A DNA stretch of 64,000 bases from Octopus vulgaris (GCA_951406725.2 OX597840.1:310001-374000), one strand, 5' to 3'; shown: positions 11,161 through 25,300, counted from the first letter of the stretch. Made by a program: numbers and translations. The notes: a model not told the origin generated them from the sequence alone.

Positions 11161-12164
11161 ATTATTATTATTATTACTATTATCATTATTACTCTCCTCA
11201 GTTGTCATCGGCATACGCTCATCTTTACATGCGTTACTGTCAATGCAAACCTCTCTTAGACTCGCCCTTCGAATAAATCCTTTATCTGCCCGTTCTCTCT
11301 CGTTTCCTCTCTCCTTTTACTCTCCTTTTAGTCTCATTGAGTTTCTTACTCTGTCTCTCACACAATATCTTTTTTCTCTCCAACATATCGTCACCGTCAC
11401 CATCGTCAAATTTCTCCTCCTCCTCCTCCTCTCCTCACCTCCCCTTCATCTTCATTATCTCTCGCTCTAACAGTACTTATCCTTTAACACGACCCTTCAC
11501 CCATCCGTTTCCCCCTCTCTCTCTCTGTTTTTAATTTTTTCCACCAGTCCAAATTTTGTCTCTGTTCCCACTCCTCTTACCCCTCTCTCGCTGACTCTCA
11601 TGTTTTCTCATATTTTAGTCCAGTCAAACTCTTCCCGCATCTCTGCCTATCTGTCTATCTATTTCTCCCTCGCATTCTATTTTCTACTTTTACACCTCCT
11701 TCTCTCTTTCTCCCCACATCTCTGTCTCTCTTTCTTTTTCTTTCCTCCGCTCACTCCTCTATCGTCTGCTGTATTATATTATCACACACATACACACACA
11801 CACGTGCGCGCGCACACACACACACACACACACACGCACACAAACACACACACACACAAAACGCCACTACCACCACTACCACCACGGCCATTTGTCTTCT
11901 CCATTAATTAACCATTCCTCCTCTTCTTGCTCTGCTCCTCCTCTTCATTTTGTACAAGTTAAACTGTCTTCTTTTCACTCTTATCCCCATATCTGACTCT
12001 CTCTCTCTCTCACTCTCTCTCTCTCCAACTCTCATTGACCCTAACCCATTCTTTCCTTTTATTCTTTTACATCCTTCACTCCCTATATTTCTCTTCTCCT
12101 CCCTCTCGTTAGCTCCCTTACTCTAGCTAACTCTCCTGCCCTTCCTTCTCATATCTCTCTAGAT

Positions 12165-12510
12165 ATCGTCTGCCCCTCACTTCCTAAAGTCTCTTATTCT
12201 ATCAACTTCTCCTTCCTCGTATTCTTCTACCTATCGTCTCCTTCCTACTCTCCTTAACTCTCTTACTCTATCTACCCCCCCTTACTCATCTACCTATCGT
12301 CTGCACACTCTCCTTTATTCCTGTACCCTATCTACGTATCCTCCGCTTCTTTTCTTATTTCTCTTTCTATCTTCTAATCATCTGCTTCTCACTCTCTCTA
12401 ATTTTTTTACTCTATCTACCATCCCTTCTCTTATTCCTGTATCTATCGTCTGCTTCTCATGCTCCTCAATTCCATTATCCTATCTACTACCGCTCCTCTT
12501 CCTTTTCTAC
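12165..12510. repeat. Degenerate ~65-80-bp minisatellite
   Basis: ATC(G/A)TC anchors at 12165, 12233, 12296, 12377 and 12445, with recurring CTCTATCTAC. Confidence 0.55.
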
Positions 12511-12702
12511 TTTTTTCTATCAAGCCTCTTCTTCTAAATGCTCTTATATTAAATTTCTATCATCTCCCTCTCTCTCTCTCTATCTTTTTCTTCATTTCTC
12601 GCTTTTTCTTTCTCTGTCTTTCATAAACATTTCCCTCTCTTATTTTCCATTTTTGTTTTTATCAAACACTATTCGTTATATCTTACCTCTGCTCTCACAT
12701 TT

Positions 12703-12844
<142 letters not shown>

Positions 12845-13565
12845 CTTCTATCTATCTATCGATCTCACTCTCTACCACCCTCTGATTCACCTACTACACC
12901 ACGCTCCCTCCATTTTATATCATTCATTATTCTCTCTCACAACCTCATTCTTCTATATTTCTGCTCTACCACTCACACTCTATCTTTATCAATCATTTCT
13001 TTCACTCGTAACTCCAATCTATCACTGCACCAGCCCTCCATCACTTCCATACATTATTTATCGTCTGCTTTTCTTCAGAAGTCGATATGTCACTGTTATT
13101 TAAAGCCGCCATTGTCACAACACAACTCATTCTTTTTCTCATTAACTCTCTCCCTCTATTTCCTCTCATTCTTTAGTATTTGCTTCGTTTTTATTTGCCT
13201 CTCTCTCTCTCGTCCTTGTTCGATTTATTTATATGAATGTGTGTAGGTTTATGTGCGTGTATGTGTAGGTGTGTATGTGCGTGCGTGTATCTTTCTCTCT
13301 CTCTTTCTCCATATATATACATACACGCACATATACACACACATGTATGTGGTTATGTACGTATAGATATGTATGGGTGTACGTATGTGCCTATAAATTT
13401 GTATGAGAATACATATATTTTTGTATGTGTGTGTGAATTTATATATATATATATCCATGTACATAGATACATATACATGTATATTTATATGTATATATAC
13501 ATGTTTTCACATATATTGTGTATATGCATGCTTTCATATATATATATATATACATACATATATAC

Positions 13566-13611
<46 letters not shown>

Positions 13612-13616
13612 GTATA

Positions 13617-13651
<35 letters not shown>

Positions 13652-13713
13652 CTAAACATACATATATTGTTTATATATTATATAATAATGAATATATATA
13701 TATATATTATATA

Positions 13714-13770
<57 letters not shown>

Positions 13771-14655
13771 CTTGTATAAACCAAACGCATATATAATATA
13801 TATTTATATGTATATGATGTAATATTTATAATATATATATATATATATACAGCATGTATGAGATATATATATAGTATATAAATATATATATATATATTTA
13901 TATATTATATACTCACACATACGCACCCTTCGTTTCTCTTATACACTCACAGCCTCATTCCCCCTCCTTTCTACACCCCTTCCACATTCACCTATTCTAT
14001 TAACCATTTTCTACATATCCCTCTACCTCCCTCTACCTCCCTCCACCACCAATCACTTTATTTCAGCTTCGTTCCTTTATTTCTTCCTTTCTTCCTCACT
14101 TTTTCCTTCCCCTCTTCACTTCTTTCTTTCCTTCTCCCTATTCTCTCTTATCTCTCCTTCCGCTATTTCATCACCCTCCCTCCACCTTTCACTTCAATGT
14201 CTCTTACTCTATACAACCCTCCCCCTTCTTCATTGATTTCACTCCCACCCCCGCTTTATTTCTCACAAACTTTCCGTCCTTCAACACCCTATTCTCTCAC
14301 TCCTTCTCTTTCATAACTCTCTCTACCATTCTCTCTCCCCCTCTCTCTCTCGTGCCCTTCAATTATTTCTCTCTCTCATTTTGCTTTACTCTCTCTTTCA
14401 CTCCGTTGTTCTTTCTGTTTGTCTCTCTTCTGCCTTTTATTAGCAGACGACATTTACTCTCTGATTTATTTCTTGTTATTAATGTCTCTTCCTTTCTTTC
14501 GTCCCCGCTCTCTCTCACGCTTTCTCTCTTTTTCTCTCTCTCCCCATCTCTCGTTCCTTGTCTCTCTATCTCTCTTTATCATTTCTCTCGTTCTCTCTCT
14601 CTCTTTCTTTCTTTCTCTATCTCTTTCTTTCTCTCTCTCTTTCTTTCTGTCTCTT

Positions 14656-14686
<31 letters not shown>

Positions 14687-14727
14687 CTCGTTTTCTCTTT
14701 CATTCGTTTCCTCATCTCTATCGTTCC

Positions 14728-15018
14728 TTCTCTCTTTCTTTCTTTAATATATTCCTCTCGTTCGTCCTCTTTATAACTTTCTTCTCTCTCTTTCTTTCTT
14801 TAATATATTCCTCTCGTTCCCCCTCTTTATAACTTTCTTCTCTCTCTTTCTTTCTTTAATATATTCCTCTCGTTCCCCCTCTTTATAACTTTCTTCTCTC
14901 TCTTTCTTTCTTTCATATATTCCCCTCGTTCCCCCTCTTTATAAGTTTCTTCTCTCTCTTTCTTTCTTTAATGTATTCCTCTCGTTCCCCTTCTTTATAA
15001 CTTTCTTCTCTCTCTTTC
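14728..15018. repeat. 56-bp minisatellite, ~5 copies
   Basis: The TTTAATATATTCCTCTCGTTCCCCCTCTTTATAACTTTCTTC unit recurs with anchors at 14746, 14802, 14858, 14914 and 14970. Confidence 0.9.
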
Positions 15019-15175
15019 CATCTCTCCCTTACCTCCTCCTCCTCTCCTTTCCTACTCTCTCTTGTTCCTTCTTTACTCTCCCTTTATCATATCATCCTTC
15101 TCATTCCCCCTCTCTTTATATATTTCTCACACATTTCATTCCCCCTCTCTTACACTTTCTCCTTCTTTCTTTTAG

Positions 15176-15515
15176 CATCTCTTTCTTTCTTCCTCTCTAT
15201 CTAACTTTCCCCTTCTCTTCTTCTCCCTCGTTCCCTCATCTTTTTCTCTCCATTTCTCATCTCTCTCTCTACTTCTCTCTTTCTATCTCTCATTCACTGA
15301 ATCCTCTTTCCTCTTTCTCAATCATTTTCTCTTCCCCTTCTTTCTTTTACCATCTCTTTCTTTCTTCCTCTCTCTCTAACTTTCCCCTTTTCTTCTCCCT
15401 CTCTCACGTTCCGTCATCCATTTCTCTCGTTTTCTCATATCTCTCTCTACTTCTCTCTTTCTCTCTTTCATTCCCTGAATCTCCTTTCCTCTTTCTCAAT
15501 CATTTCCTCTTTCCC
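15176..15515. repeat. Two-copy ~175-bp tandem duplication
   Basis: CATCTCTTTCTTTCTTCCTCTCT..CTAACTTTCCCC..CTGAATC..CAATCATTT starts at 15176 and 15351. Confidence 0.8.
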
Positions 15516-15698
15516 ATCTCTCTCTCTTCCTTTCTTACCTTCTCTCTCCGCTTTCTTCTCATTCTCTCCATTCTTCTATCCTGTCGTCTGCTTTTCGACA
15601 ATCAATATTTCACAGTTATCTTTAACTCTGTCACTTCCCCCCACTCCCCAGCACCACTGCACCCCCTTTCCGACATCCCACATCAGTCATCGTCGTCG

Positions 15699-15730
<32 letters not shown>

Positions 15731-15749
15731 GTCGTCGTCGTCGTCGTCG

Positions 15750-15794
<45 letters not shown>

Positions 15795-16582
15795 CTATCA
15801 TCGTCATCATCACCACCACCTTTACCACCGTCTTGTTCGTGATGTTCCTGTAGGTCTTCTATTTGTTGTTGTTATTCTTATTGTTATTGTTGTCGTTGTT
15901 GTTGTTTTTGTTGCTGTTGTTGTTCTTCATCGTCACCTCCTTCTTCTGCTGCTATTTGCTGCTGTTGTTGTTGTTGTTCTTCTTCTTCTTCTTCTTGTTC
16001 TTCTTCTTGTTCTTCTTCTTGTTCTTCTTCTTCTTCTTCTTCTTCTTCTTCTTCTTCTTCTTCTTCTTCTTCTTCTTCTTTGTCTTCTTCCCACTTCACT
16101 CCTCAGACATTCCCTCTCCCTTTCTCTCTTTGGCTGTTGGTCTCAGTCCCCGCTTTTTTTTCTCCCTCACTCTCACTCTAGTTTCCTTCCTCTCTCTCTA
16201 CCTTTCGATTTGTTTCTCTCTCTAATTCCTCTTTCTCTCTCTCTCTGCCCCTTTCACTCGCTTTATTTTCACCTCTATATCTTTGTCTCGCTGTCTAGTT
16301 TTCTTTAGCTCTATTTCTAGCATAATGTATATCTCCCACCCTAGCTTTCTCTCCTTCTCTCTCACGAGTTGCATCTCTTTATCTTTGTCACCCCCTCTTT
16401 ATAGCTTTCTGTCTTTCTCTCTAGTTTTCTCATGCTCTCTTTCTAGCTTTGTCTCTTTTGTCTCTCTCTCTCTCTCTCCCTCTCTTTGGATTTGTATCTC
16501 TTTATCTTTGTCTCCATATCTCTTTCTAGCTATATATATATATAGCTCTCTCTCTCTCTCTAGCTTGATCTCTCTCTCTTTC

Positions 16583-16646
<64 letters not shown>

Positions 16647-16859
16647 CCTCTTTATCTCCATCCTTCCAACCGCTTCACATCCGGCCTGATACCCTTCCCC
16701 ACATAACAACAACTTCAATCCCATCCTATCTTCACATCTCCTCTATCACGTATAACCCTCATTAGATCAACCACAACTACCACACCGATGTCCACCCGTA
16801 TTAAACCAAAACCACCCGTCCACCCGTCAGTCTTTTATAACTTGATTAAGCCACCACGC

Positions 16860-17110
16860 CAACCCTTCCAGCTTCTACTACTACCCCGGCCCCACCCCCT
16901 ACCCCCTGACCGCCCATCTCGCCAGCAGCGCCACCTACTCACCATTACAGCTGATTAGTTGTCACTTGAAACTAAACCTAAATGTGCCCTTCCTATTGGA
17001 AAACAGCGCGTGATTCTCCTTTTAAGTCAGAAGACTTTCTCTGTAGACAATACATCACGTGACTCTCTGGCTGACAGAGAAATTTGGTTGGTCGGTTCGT
17101 CGGCTGGATT
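16860..17110. promoter_or_regulatory. Candidate cis-regulatory island (CTCF-like motif, GC/CACCC boxes, CCAAT, E-box)
   Basis: CAGCGCCACCTACT 16926-16939 (reverse complement AGTAGGTGGCGCTG), CCCCACCCC, ATTGG 16995, ATCACGTGAC 17054-17063 in unique sequence. Motif match only. Confidence 0.3.
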
Positions 17111-18384
17111 ATGGTGTGTGTGTGTATCTATGTGTGTCAGTGTGTATGTGAGAGAGTGTTTGTGTGTGGTGCATCTATGGCCAATATTAAAGCAATGTTG
17201 TGGTATAATATACATGCGTATGGCTCTGTGATTCTGCATGTGTGTGTGTGTGGTTACTGTGTATGGCTGTGCGGTTAAGATGCTCGCTTTGCGACCTCGA
17301 GGTTTCAGGTTCAGTTCAACAGCGGGACATCAAGGGCAAGAGACTACAATTATAGCCCCGAGCCGACCAATGCTATGTAAGTTAATTCGGTTGATGGAAA
17401 CTATACGGAAGCCCATCGAGTATACCTACATACGAACATGAATACATACATACATACAAACATACATACAGGCATACATACATACATACATACATACATA
17501 TAAACATAAATACTACATACATACATAGATACATACATACAGACAGACATGCATATTACACACATACGTTCGTACATACATAAATACACACACATAGATA
17601 GATACATAGATACATACATATATACATACATGTTACATACATACATATGTGTATCTGTCTATCTATATGTGTGTGTGCGTGTGTGAGTGTAGGTGTATGT
17701 CTGCATTTATATATATATATACTTATATATACATATATATTAATGTATGTATGATGTATGTATGTGTATGTGTGTACGTATGTATGTCTCTTCTGTATTT
17801 AATCATATAAATTCTTCCAGTGATGAAGGAGCTGTTTTCTAACAAAGACACAAAGCTCCATCTTTGGAATGTAGATAACGAAAACAATGACACATTTTAA
17901 ACCTTAGAAAAGTCTTGCATAGTTTTATTGTTCCGCTTACAGATTGTATTTGTAATGTGAGAATCAGATGGTTGAGTTCTTTTTCTGAAAATCCAAGCTT
18001 TTGTGTATGTACAGAATAAGTATCAGACTCTTAAAAAAGAACAAAAAATCGCAAGTACTGGAATCCGTTTGCTCAACTAAGTCCGTCAAGGCGATGCTCC
18101 AGCATGGGCGAACTTCCATGACTTAGGCAAGTAATAGATAACATATAGTTCAAATTTGCAGAAAACAAAGGACGAAGACAGGTGAGGGAACAACATGCAG
18201 GGGTATTAATTTGACGCTCAGGAGGAATGGAAAAGTGTTTTACAATTCGAGCTTATGCTCTTTGTCAGAATGTATTGAGGTGTATGTACGTCCCCGTAAC
18301 TTAGCGGGTCGGCAAAAGAAACCGATTGAATAAGTACAAGATTTACAAAGAATAATACAGTTCTAGATCTAAGAAATGAGAAAT

Positions 18385-18780
18385 TACTCTTTTATTTGTT
18401 TCAGTTATTTGACTGCGGCCATGCTGGAGCACCGCCTTCAATCGAGCAAATCGACCCCGGGACTTATTCTTTGTAAGCCCAGTACTTATTCTATCGGTCT
18501 CTTTTTGCCGAACCGCTAAGTGACGGGGACGTAAACACACCAGCATCGGTTGTCAAGCAATGCTAGGGGGACAAACACAGACACACAAACACACACACAC
18601 AAACATATATATATACATATATACGACAGGCTTCTTTCAGTTTCCGTCTACCAAATCTACTCACAAGGCATTGGTCGGCCTGGGGCTATAGCACTTGCCC
18701 AAGGTGCCACGCAGTGGGACTGAACCCGGAACCATGTGGTTGGTTAGCAAGCTACTTACCACACAGCCACTCCTGCACCT
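18385..18780 (-). mobile_element. SINE family A, full length
   Basis: Reverse complement of the family A consensus. Confidence 0.93.
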
Positions 18781-18973
18781 ATGCACAGCCACTCCTAATG
18801 TAAATAATGTACAAAGACTAAGCCTTGGTGTCGATTTGTTCGACTCGATGCAATGCTCATGACTGGTTGCAATGAAATGACTGAAAGCAGTGAAGGAAAG
18901 AATGGTCCAGACTAAGATGAATATCATTTAATGTCACAGTATAATAATGTTGTTACTAGTAGTTTCATGTATT

Positions 18974-19139
18974 AGGCGCAGGAGTGGCTGTGTGGTAAGT
19001 AGCTTGCTAACCAACCAAATGGTTCTGGGTTCAGTCCCGCTGCGTGGCATCTTGGGCAAGTGTCTTCTGCTATAACCCCGGGCCGACCAAAGCCTTGTGA
19101 GTGGATTTGGTAGACGGAAACTGAAAGAAGCCCGTCGTA

Positions 19140-19196
<57 letters not shown>

Positions 19197-19415
19197 GTGT
19201 GTGTTTGTGTGTCTGTGTTTGTCCCCTTAGCATTGCTTGACAACCGATGCTGGTGTGTTTACGTCCTCGTCACTTAGCGGTTCGGCAAAAAGAGACCGAT
19301 AGAACAAGTACTGGGCTTACACAGAATAAGTCCTGGGGTCGATTTGCTCGACTAAAGGCGGTGCTCCAGCATGGTCGCAGTCAAATTACTGAAACAAGTA
19401 AAAGAGTAAAAAAGA
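18974..19415 (+). mobile_element. SINE family A, full length
   Basis: Family A head to tail; divergently oriented to the 18385 copy. Confidence 0.93.
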
Positions 19416-19727
19416 GAGAGAGCATTGGAGATGTAGTCCAGGCAAGTTTTACTTACACACCTTATGTCTCCAACCAATCTGGAGGCTCTGAGCACATGGC
19501 CTAATCAATTTACCAATCAGGATGCTAAAACTTGAGAAAACTCGAGAAAAAAAAGGAAAGCGACGACATGAATGAAAAATAGGTAAATCGGGGGAAAAAT
19601 GTCAAAAAAAAAAAAAAAGACAGAACAAAGGAAATTAGAGTGATGCCCGTTTTGTCCGTAACGCTATCATAAAGTTAGTCGTTGCAGAATGAATGAACAG
19701 AGTACTAGAGTTTTCATAAAGGTTGTA

Positions 19728-19806
<79 letters not shown>

Positions 19807-19807
19807 G

Positions 19808-20140
19808 AAAAATACAAACTGGGACAAGAACGTAAAACATTTAGAAGACGATACAAAAAACACAGACGGGACATTCGAAGTCTTCAATCTTCAGTCAAGA
19901 ACCGGATCATCCTAGCAATTTCGGCTGATTAATCTTGAGATCGCTCCGATCCGGCCAGCCCCAAGGAAAAACTAAGCTACGAGCATTAGATTTCTTGGAA
20001 GAAGGATCGAATATATACGAAACAGGGACAGAAAAATGGACGATGCCACACGAATATAAAATACAAAAAACAATAATGGTAAAAACAGGACAAAAACAGC
20101 GGGTGTCTTACGACCAATAAACAGTACAAGTTTAGCTGGC
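19808..20140. mobile_element. Unclassified dispersed element inserted in (TA)n; copies at 28205-28252 and 28402-28708
   Basis: AAAATACAAA.TGGGACAAGAACG.AAAACATT..AGACGATACAAAAAAC..ATCTTCAGTCAAGAA.CGGATCATCCT.GCAATTTCGGCTGATTAATC is shared between copies. Confidence 0.8.
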
Positions 20141-20141
20141 G

Positions 20142-20177
<36 letters not shown>

Positions 20178-20508
20178 CATATATATGTATATATATATAT
20201 ATATATGTATATATAAATGTATGGATATATATGTATATATATATATGCGTATGCATATATATGCGTGTGTGCTTAAATTCTTTTGAAAGCCAAAACAATG
20301 CGAGTAAGTAAATTAATGGTACAAACTCCAGCTATTTTCAAGTTTTTGTCGCTGTTTCCGTTTCCCAAAATTCTTAACACACACACACACATTTGTATGT
20401 GTGTATCTTTATGTACATATACATAAGTATGTATGTATGTATGTATGTATGTATGTATGTATGTGTATATATATATATGTATATATATATATGTACATAT
20501 ATATATAT

Positions 20509-20587
<79 letters not shown>

Positions 20588-20739
20588 GTGTGTGTGTGTG
20601 TGTATATGTAATTAAAAAATGGAGAAAAACAGATTAACCAGGTCATCGATATTTGTATCTTATATTATATATAAATATATATATACATATACGTAAATTT
20701 ATATATATATAAATATATATATATACATACATACATACA

Positions 20740-20866
<127 letters not shown>

Positions 20867-21474
20867 AATGTATGTATATATATATATATACACACACATA
20901 CATATATATATGCATATATATATTTATATACACATATAGAAACACACACACACACATATATATGTACATATGGTTGTGTGCTTGTGTTCGTATTATGTCA
21001 TCGTCAAGCCTGTCAGCCGCACAATTAACCACGAAGCAGAGCGGTCAGCCGATATGTAGTGAAGCAGATCAGCCTGCCTGCTGATATCAATTAATCAATC
21101 AATCGCAATGAACGGACGCCATCGATCACAATATCAATCGCCTAGCTAACCACTTCAGCAAGCATCCGACCAATTAAAATGCACCCAACAGATTTTTAAA
21201 TGTCCCAGTGAAACAACCCTTTTATTATATCGGACCCCACGTCGAGCACGCTTTGCTGTCTCCAGCACACAAATCGTTACATATAAAGAAATACTACGCT
21301 TTACCAAAACACTTTTACGTTTATTATTTTGTGTATTTGAGGCGATAAACAACGGCGGCCATGCTTCAGCAGCACTTCAAACGGTTTTCTTTATTTAAGA
21401 GAACAAAATCGGTACTTTTTTTATAGTTTATTTATTTGTTGTTTGCGCGTTTATTTATTTGTTGTTTGTTGTTT

Positions 21475-21842
21475 GGTGAAGGCGCGTGGCTCAGTGGTTA
21501 GAGCGTCGAGCTTACGATCGTGAGGTTGTGAGCTCGAATCCCGGACCGGGCTGCGTGTTGTGTTCTTGAGCAAGACACTTTATTTCACGTTGCTCCAGTT
21601 CACTCAGCTGTAGAAATGAGTTGCGACGTCACAGGTGCCAAGCTGTATCGGCCCCTTTGCCTTTCCCTTGGATAATACTTGTGGCTGGGAGAGGGGAGGC
21701 TGGTATGCATGGGCGACTGCTGGTCTTCCATGAAACAACCTTGCCCAGATTTGTGCCTCAGAGAGTAACTCTCTAGGTGCAAACCCATGGTCAATGTCTG
21801 ACCGAAGGGTAACCCATGGTCAATGTCTGACCGAAGGGGGTC
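21475..21842 (+). mobile_element. tRNA-derived SINE family D with a ~28-bp 3' tandem duplication
   Basis: Head GGCGCGTGGCTCAGTGGTTAGAGCGTCG..AGCTCGAATCCCGG; CTTGAGCAAGACACTT core; AACCCATGGTCAATGTCTGACCGAAGGG twice at the end. Confidence 0.9.
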
Positions 21843-21977
21843 ACTATCACTATTTGTTGTTTAGTATTTGTTTTATTTTTTAGGATTCGTTTTATATCGA
21901 TTAAAGAATAAATAAAAATACGGCGACGTAAACAAACGAAGTTGTGTGAGACGCATTTAGAAGGCCTGCACATAGAT

Positions 21978-22608
21978 TGTTTGTTACTTCTCGAGCCATG
22001 CCTTGCTCATAAGGGCCGGTTTCCCGGTTTCCTTGGCGTATAGGCTCCCCACCTGAACGGGATGCCGGTCCGTCGCAGGTGAGCTGCAAGATGCAGGAGG
22101 AAAGAGTGAGAGAAATTTGTGGCGAAAGAGTCAGCAGAGTTTCGCCATTACCTTCTGCCGGAGCCGCGTGGAGTTTGGGTGTTTCGCTCATAAATACACA
22201 CATCGCCCGGTCTGAGATCCCTCGACCGCGAGTTCGCTGCTCTAACCACCAGGTCATGTGCCTCCACACACACACACACACACTCACACACTTATATATA
22301 TATATATATATTCCTTCTCGAGCCATGCCTGGCTCATAACCGCCGGTTTCCCGGTTTCCTTGGCGTATAGGCTCCCCAGCTGGACGGGATGCCGGTCCAT
22401 CGCAGGTGATCTGCAAGATGCAGGAGGAAAGAGTGAGAGAAAGTTGTGGCGAAAGAGTCAGCAGAAGTTCGCCATTACCTTCTGCCGGAACCGCGTGGAG
22501 CTTAGGTGTTTCGCTCATAAATACACACATCGCCCGGTCTGAGATTCGAACCCGCGATCCCTCGAGCACGAGTCCGCTGCTCTAACCACTAGGCCATCTG
22601 CCTCCACT
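21978..22608 (-). mobile_element. Head-to-tail dimer of SINE family C (tail type 2) inside a single 12-bp TSD
   Basis: Two copies (about 21978-22267 and 22311-22608) joined by (CA)/(TA). CTGCACATAGAT lies at 21966-21977 and 22609-22620. Confidence 0.88.
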
Positions 22609-22651
22609 CTGCACATAGATGTATATGATAGATTGTTAGCTCCTAAACGCA

Positions 22652-22811
22652 TTTTTTTCTCTCCTTGTTTTTTTCTGTGTATCTTTCTGTCGAAGAGCAT
22701 AGGCTCGAAACGTAAAAGACTTTTTCTATTCCTGAGCGCTATACTGATACATTTGTTTGTTTGTTCTCCACCTGTCTTCGTCTTTGGTTTATTTTCGTAA
22801 ACTTTCCCGTT
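22652..22811 (+). mobile_element. Copy of the 7189 hammerhead-variant element (motif 22683-22718)
   Basis: CTTTCTGTCGAAGAGCATAGGCTCGAAACGTAAAAG. Confidence 0.75.
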
Positions 22812-23065
22812 ATATATTACATACATGCACACGTGTGGACACGTACACACAAACACAAAGAAACACACACATATGTATGTGTATATGTGTATATATATAT
22901 GTGTTTGTGTGTGTATGTGTGTTTGTGTGTGTTTGTGTGTGTGGTGTATGTGTATTTGCAAGGTGCATTACAAAAGTGTCGAAACATTTTCAGGACAGGC
23001 ATTTATAAATTTCAAAGAAGTGCAAAACTCTTCTCCCCTTCATAGTAGAATCCTATGACCTCAAA

Positions 23066-23232
23066 GGGCGGTGAGCTGGCAGAAACGTTAGCACGCCGGG
23101 TGAAATGCTAAGGCCGACATTACCTTGCATCTTCTGAGGGTCGATAAATAAATACCAATTGAATACTGGGGTCGATGTAATCAACTTATGCCCGCCCCCC
23201 CAAACTGTTGGATTTGTGCCAAAATTTGAAGT
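23066..23232 (+). mobile_element. SINE B, internally deleted, running into (ATT)n
   Basis: GGCGGTGAGCTGGCAGAAACGTTAGCACGCCGGG head; GGTCGATAAATAAATACC. Confidence 0.8.
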
Positions 23233-23278
23233 AATTATCACTATTATTATTACCATTATTATGATTATTATTATTATG

Positions 23279-23331
<53 letters not shown>

Positions 23332-23339
23332 CATTATTA

Positions 23340-23370
<31 letters not shown>

Positions 23371-23665
23371 CATTATTATCATTATTGCTGCTGTTGTTGT
23401 TGTTGTTTTTCATTATAGGGTTTTTACTCTAATTAAGCTTTTTGTTCTGCTCAATTCCATTTTTACAGAGAAAAGACATTGTCATATGTATTTTTGTTGT
23501 TTTTTTAAACTTTTTTGTGCAGTTTCAAATCAAATTGATGGCGGTTAATCAGTTGAAGTGGAAAAAAAATGACAATAGTGCAAAAAAAAAGAATAGAAAG
23601 AAAGAAAACAAAAAAATCAAAAACACATTGAGATAAATGTTGAAGAGAAACAGAGTTTAATATCG

Positions 23666-23696
<31 letters not shown>

Positions 23697-23970
23697 TGTC
23701 ATCATCATCATCATTATGATAATAAACGTCCTCATTGTCGTCACCGATTTTAGCCTCCTCCTCCACCTTCTCCTCCTCCTGCTCCTACTCTGCATGCCTC
23801 CTCCTCCTCTTCCTTCTTCTTCTTCTTCTTCTTCTTCTTCTTCTTCTCATCCTCTACTCCTCTTCCTTTCCCTCCTCCTCCGCCTCCTCCTCGTCATCAT
23901 CGTCCTCGTTATCATCATCATCATCGTCATCATCATCGTCATCATCGTTCTCGTCGTCGTCATCATCATC

Positions 23971-24004
<34 letters not shown>

Positions 24005-24245
24005 CCTTCCTCATCATCATCGTTATCATCGTCACCATCGTCATCATTATCATCATCATCATCGTCATCGTCGTCATTATCATCGTCACCATCGCCATCA
24101 TCGTCATCATCATCATCATCATCAACGTATTACTATTATCGTCAGCATGATGAGATGCATTGTGGTTTATTGTCCTCTCGTCATCACCCTCACCACCACC
24201 ACCACCACCACCACCACCACCACCACCACCACCACCACCACCACT

Positions 24246-24312
<67 letters not shown>

Positions 24313-24430
24313 ACGTCGTCGTCTTCGTCTTCGTAGTCCACGTCGTCCTCATCATCGTTATCATCATCATCGTCGTCGCTGTCATTGCCTTCGTTGTCAT
24401 TAATAATAATAACAACAACAACAACAGCAG
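23233..24430. repeat. Compound trinucleotide microsatellites (ATT, CAT, CTT, CCT, CAC)
   Basis: Direct reading; interrupted by a short unique stretch at about 23410-23660. Confidence 0.9.
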
Positions 24431-24940
24431 TAACATGAAAAGGAAGCGCGTGATGTTGCAGTTAATTGTTTTTATTAAACGTTGTTGGTGCATTTATTTC
24501 TGCACTTTGCACTGCACTGCATTCTCCATCATGCACCATGTTCTCTTCACTTTTCATACGACACTCAACACTTGGCAACATGCACTCTTCACCCTGTATA
24601 TTAACATGTTGCACTTCGTACGATGCATCAGGCATAATGCACCGTGCATTATACACGACGCACCCTGTACCCTGCACTTTAGAGGAAGTCCTTTGTATCA
24701 TTCCCTTTGTAGCTAGGCGGCGCGCTGGTAGCATCTCTAGCATGCCGGACAAACTGAATATGCCGAACAAAATGAATATGCAGAACAAAAGTCTTAGCGG
24801 TATTTCTTCTGAGTTTGTCGTTTGAAGTCGATAAAATAAGTACAAGTTGAACATTGAGGGCGATATAGTGAACTTAGCCCTTTCTCCGAACTTGTTGGCC
24901 CTTATGACAAAATGGGAAGCCATTGTTATGATGATGGTGT

Positions 24941-25300
24941 GAAGGTAACGAGCTGTCAGAAACATTAGCACGCCGGGCGAAATACTTTGCGGTATTTCGT
25001 TTGCCGCTACATTCTGAGTTCAAATTCTGCCGTGGTCGACTTTGCCTTTCATCCTTTCGAGGTCGATTAAATAAGTACCAGTTACGCACTGGGGTCGATG
25101 TAATCGACTTAATCCGTTTGTCCATCCTTGTCTGTCGCCTCTGTGTTCAGCCCCTTGTGGGTAGTAAAGAAATAGGTATTTCGTCTGCCGCTACGTTCTG
25201 AGTTCAAATTCCGCCGAGATCGACTTTGCCTTTCATCCTTTCGAGATCGATGATACAGATACCAGTCAAATACTGGGGTCGATGTACTCGACTTATCTCC
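24941..25300 (+). mobile_element. SINE B tandem dimer, preceded by an older copy at 24715-24925
   Basis: The body restarts at GAAATA|GGTATTTCGTC (25175). Confidence 0.88.

Noticed and set aside
19865-19900. CTGAAGA...GAA hammerhead-like string on minus in the 19808 family
   Set aside because: GAAA, stem III and stem I cannot be formed convincingly in either copy.
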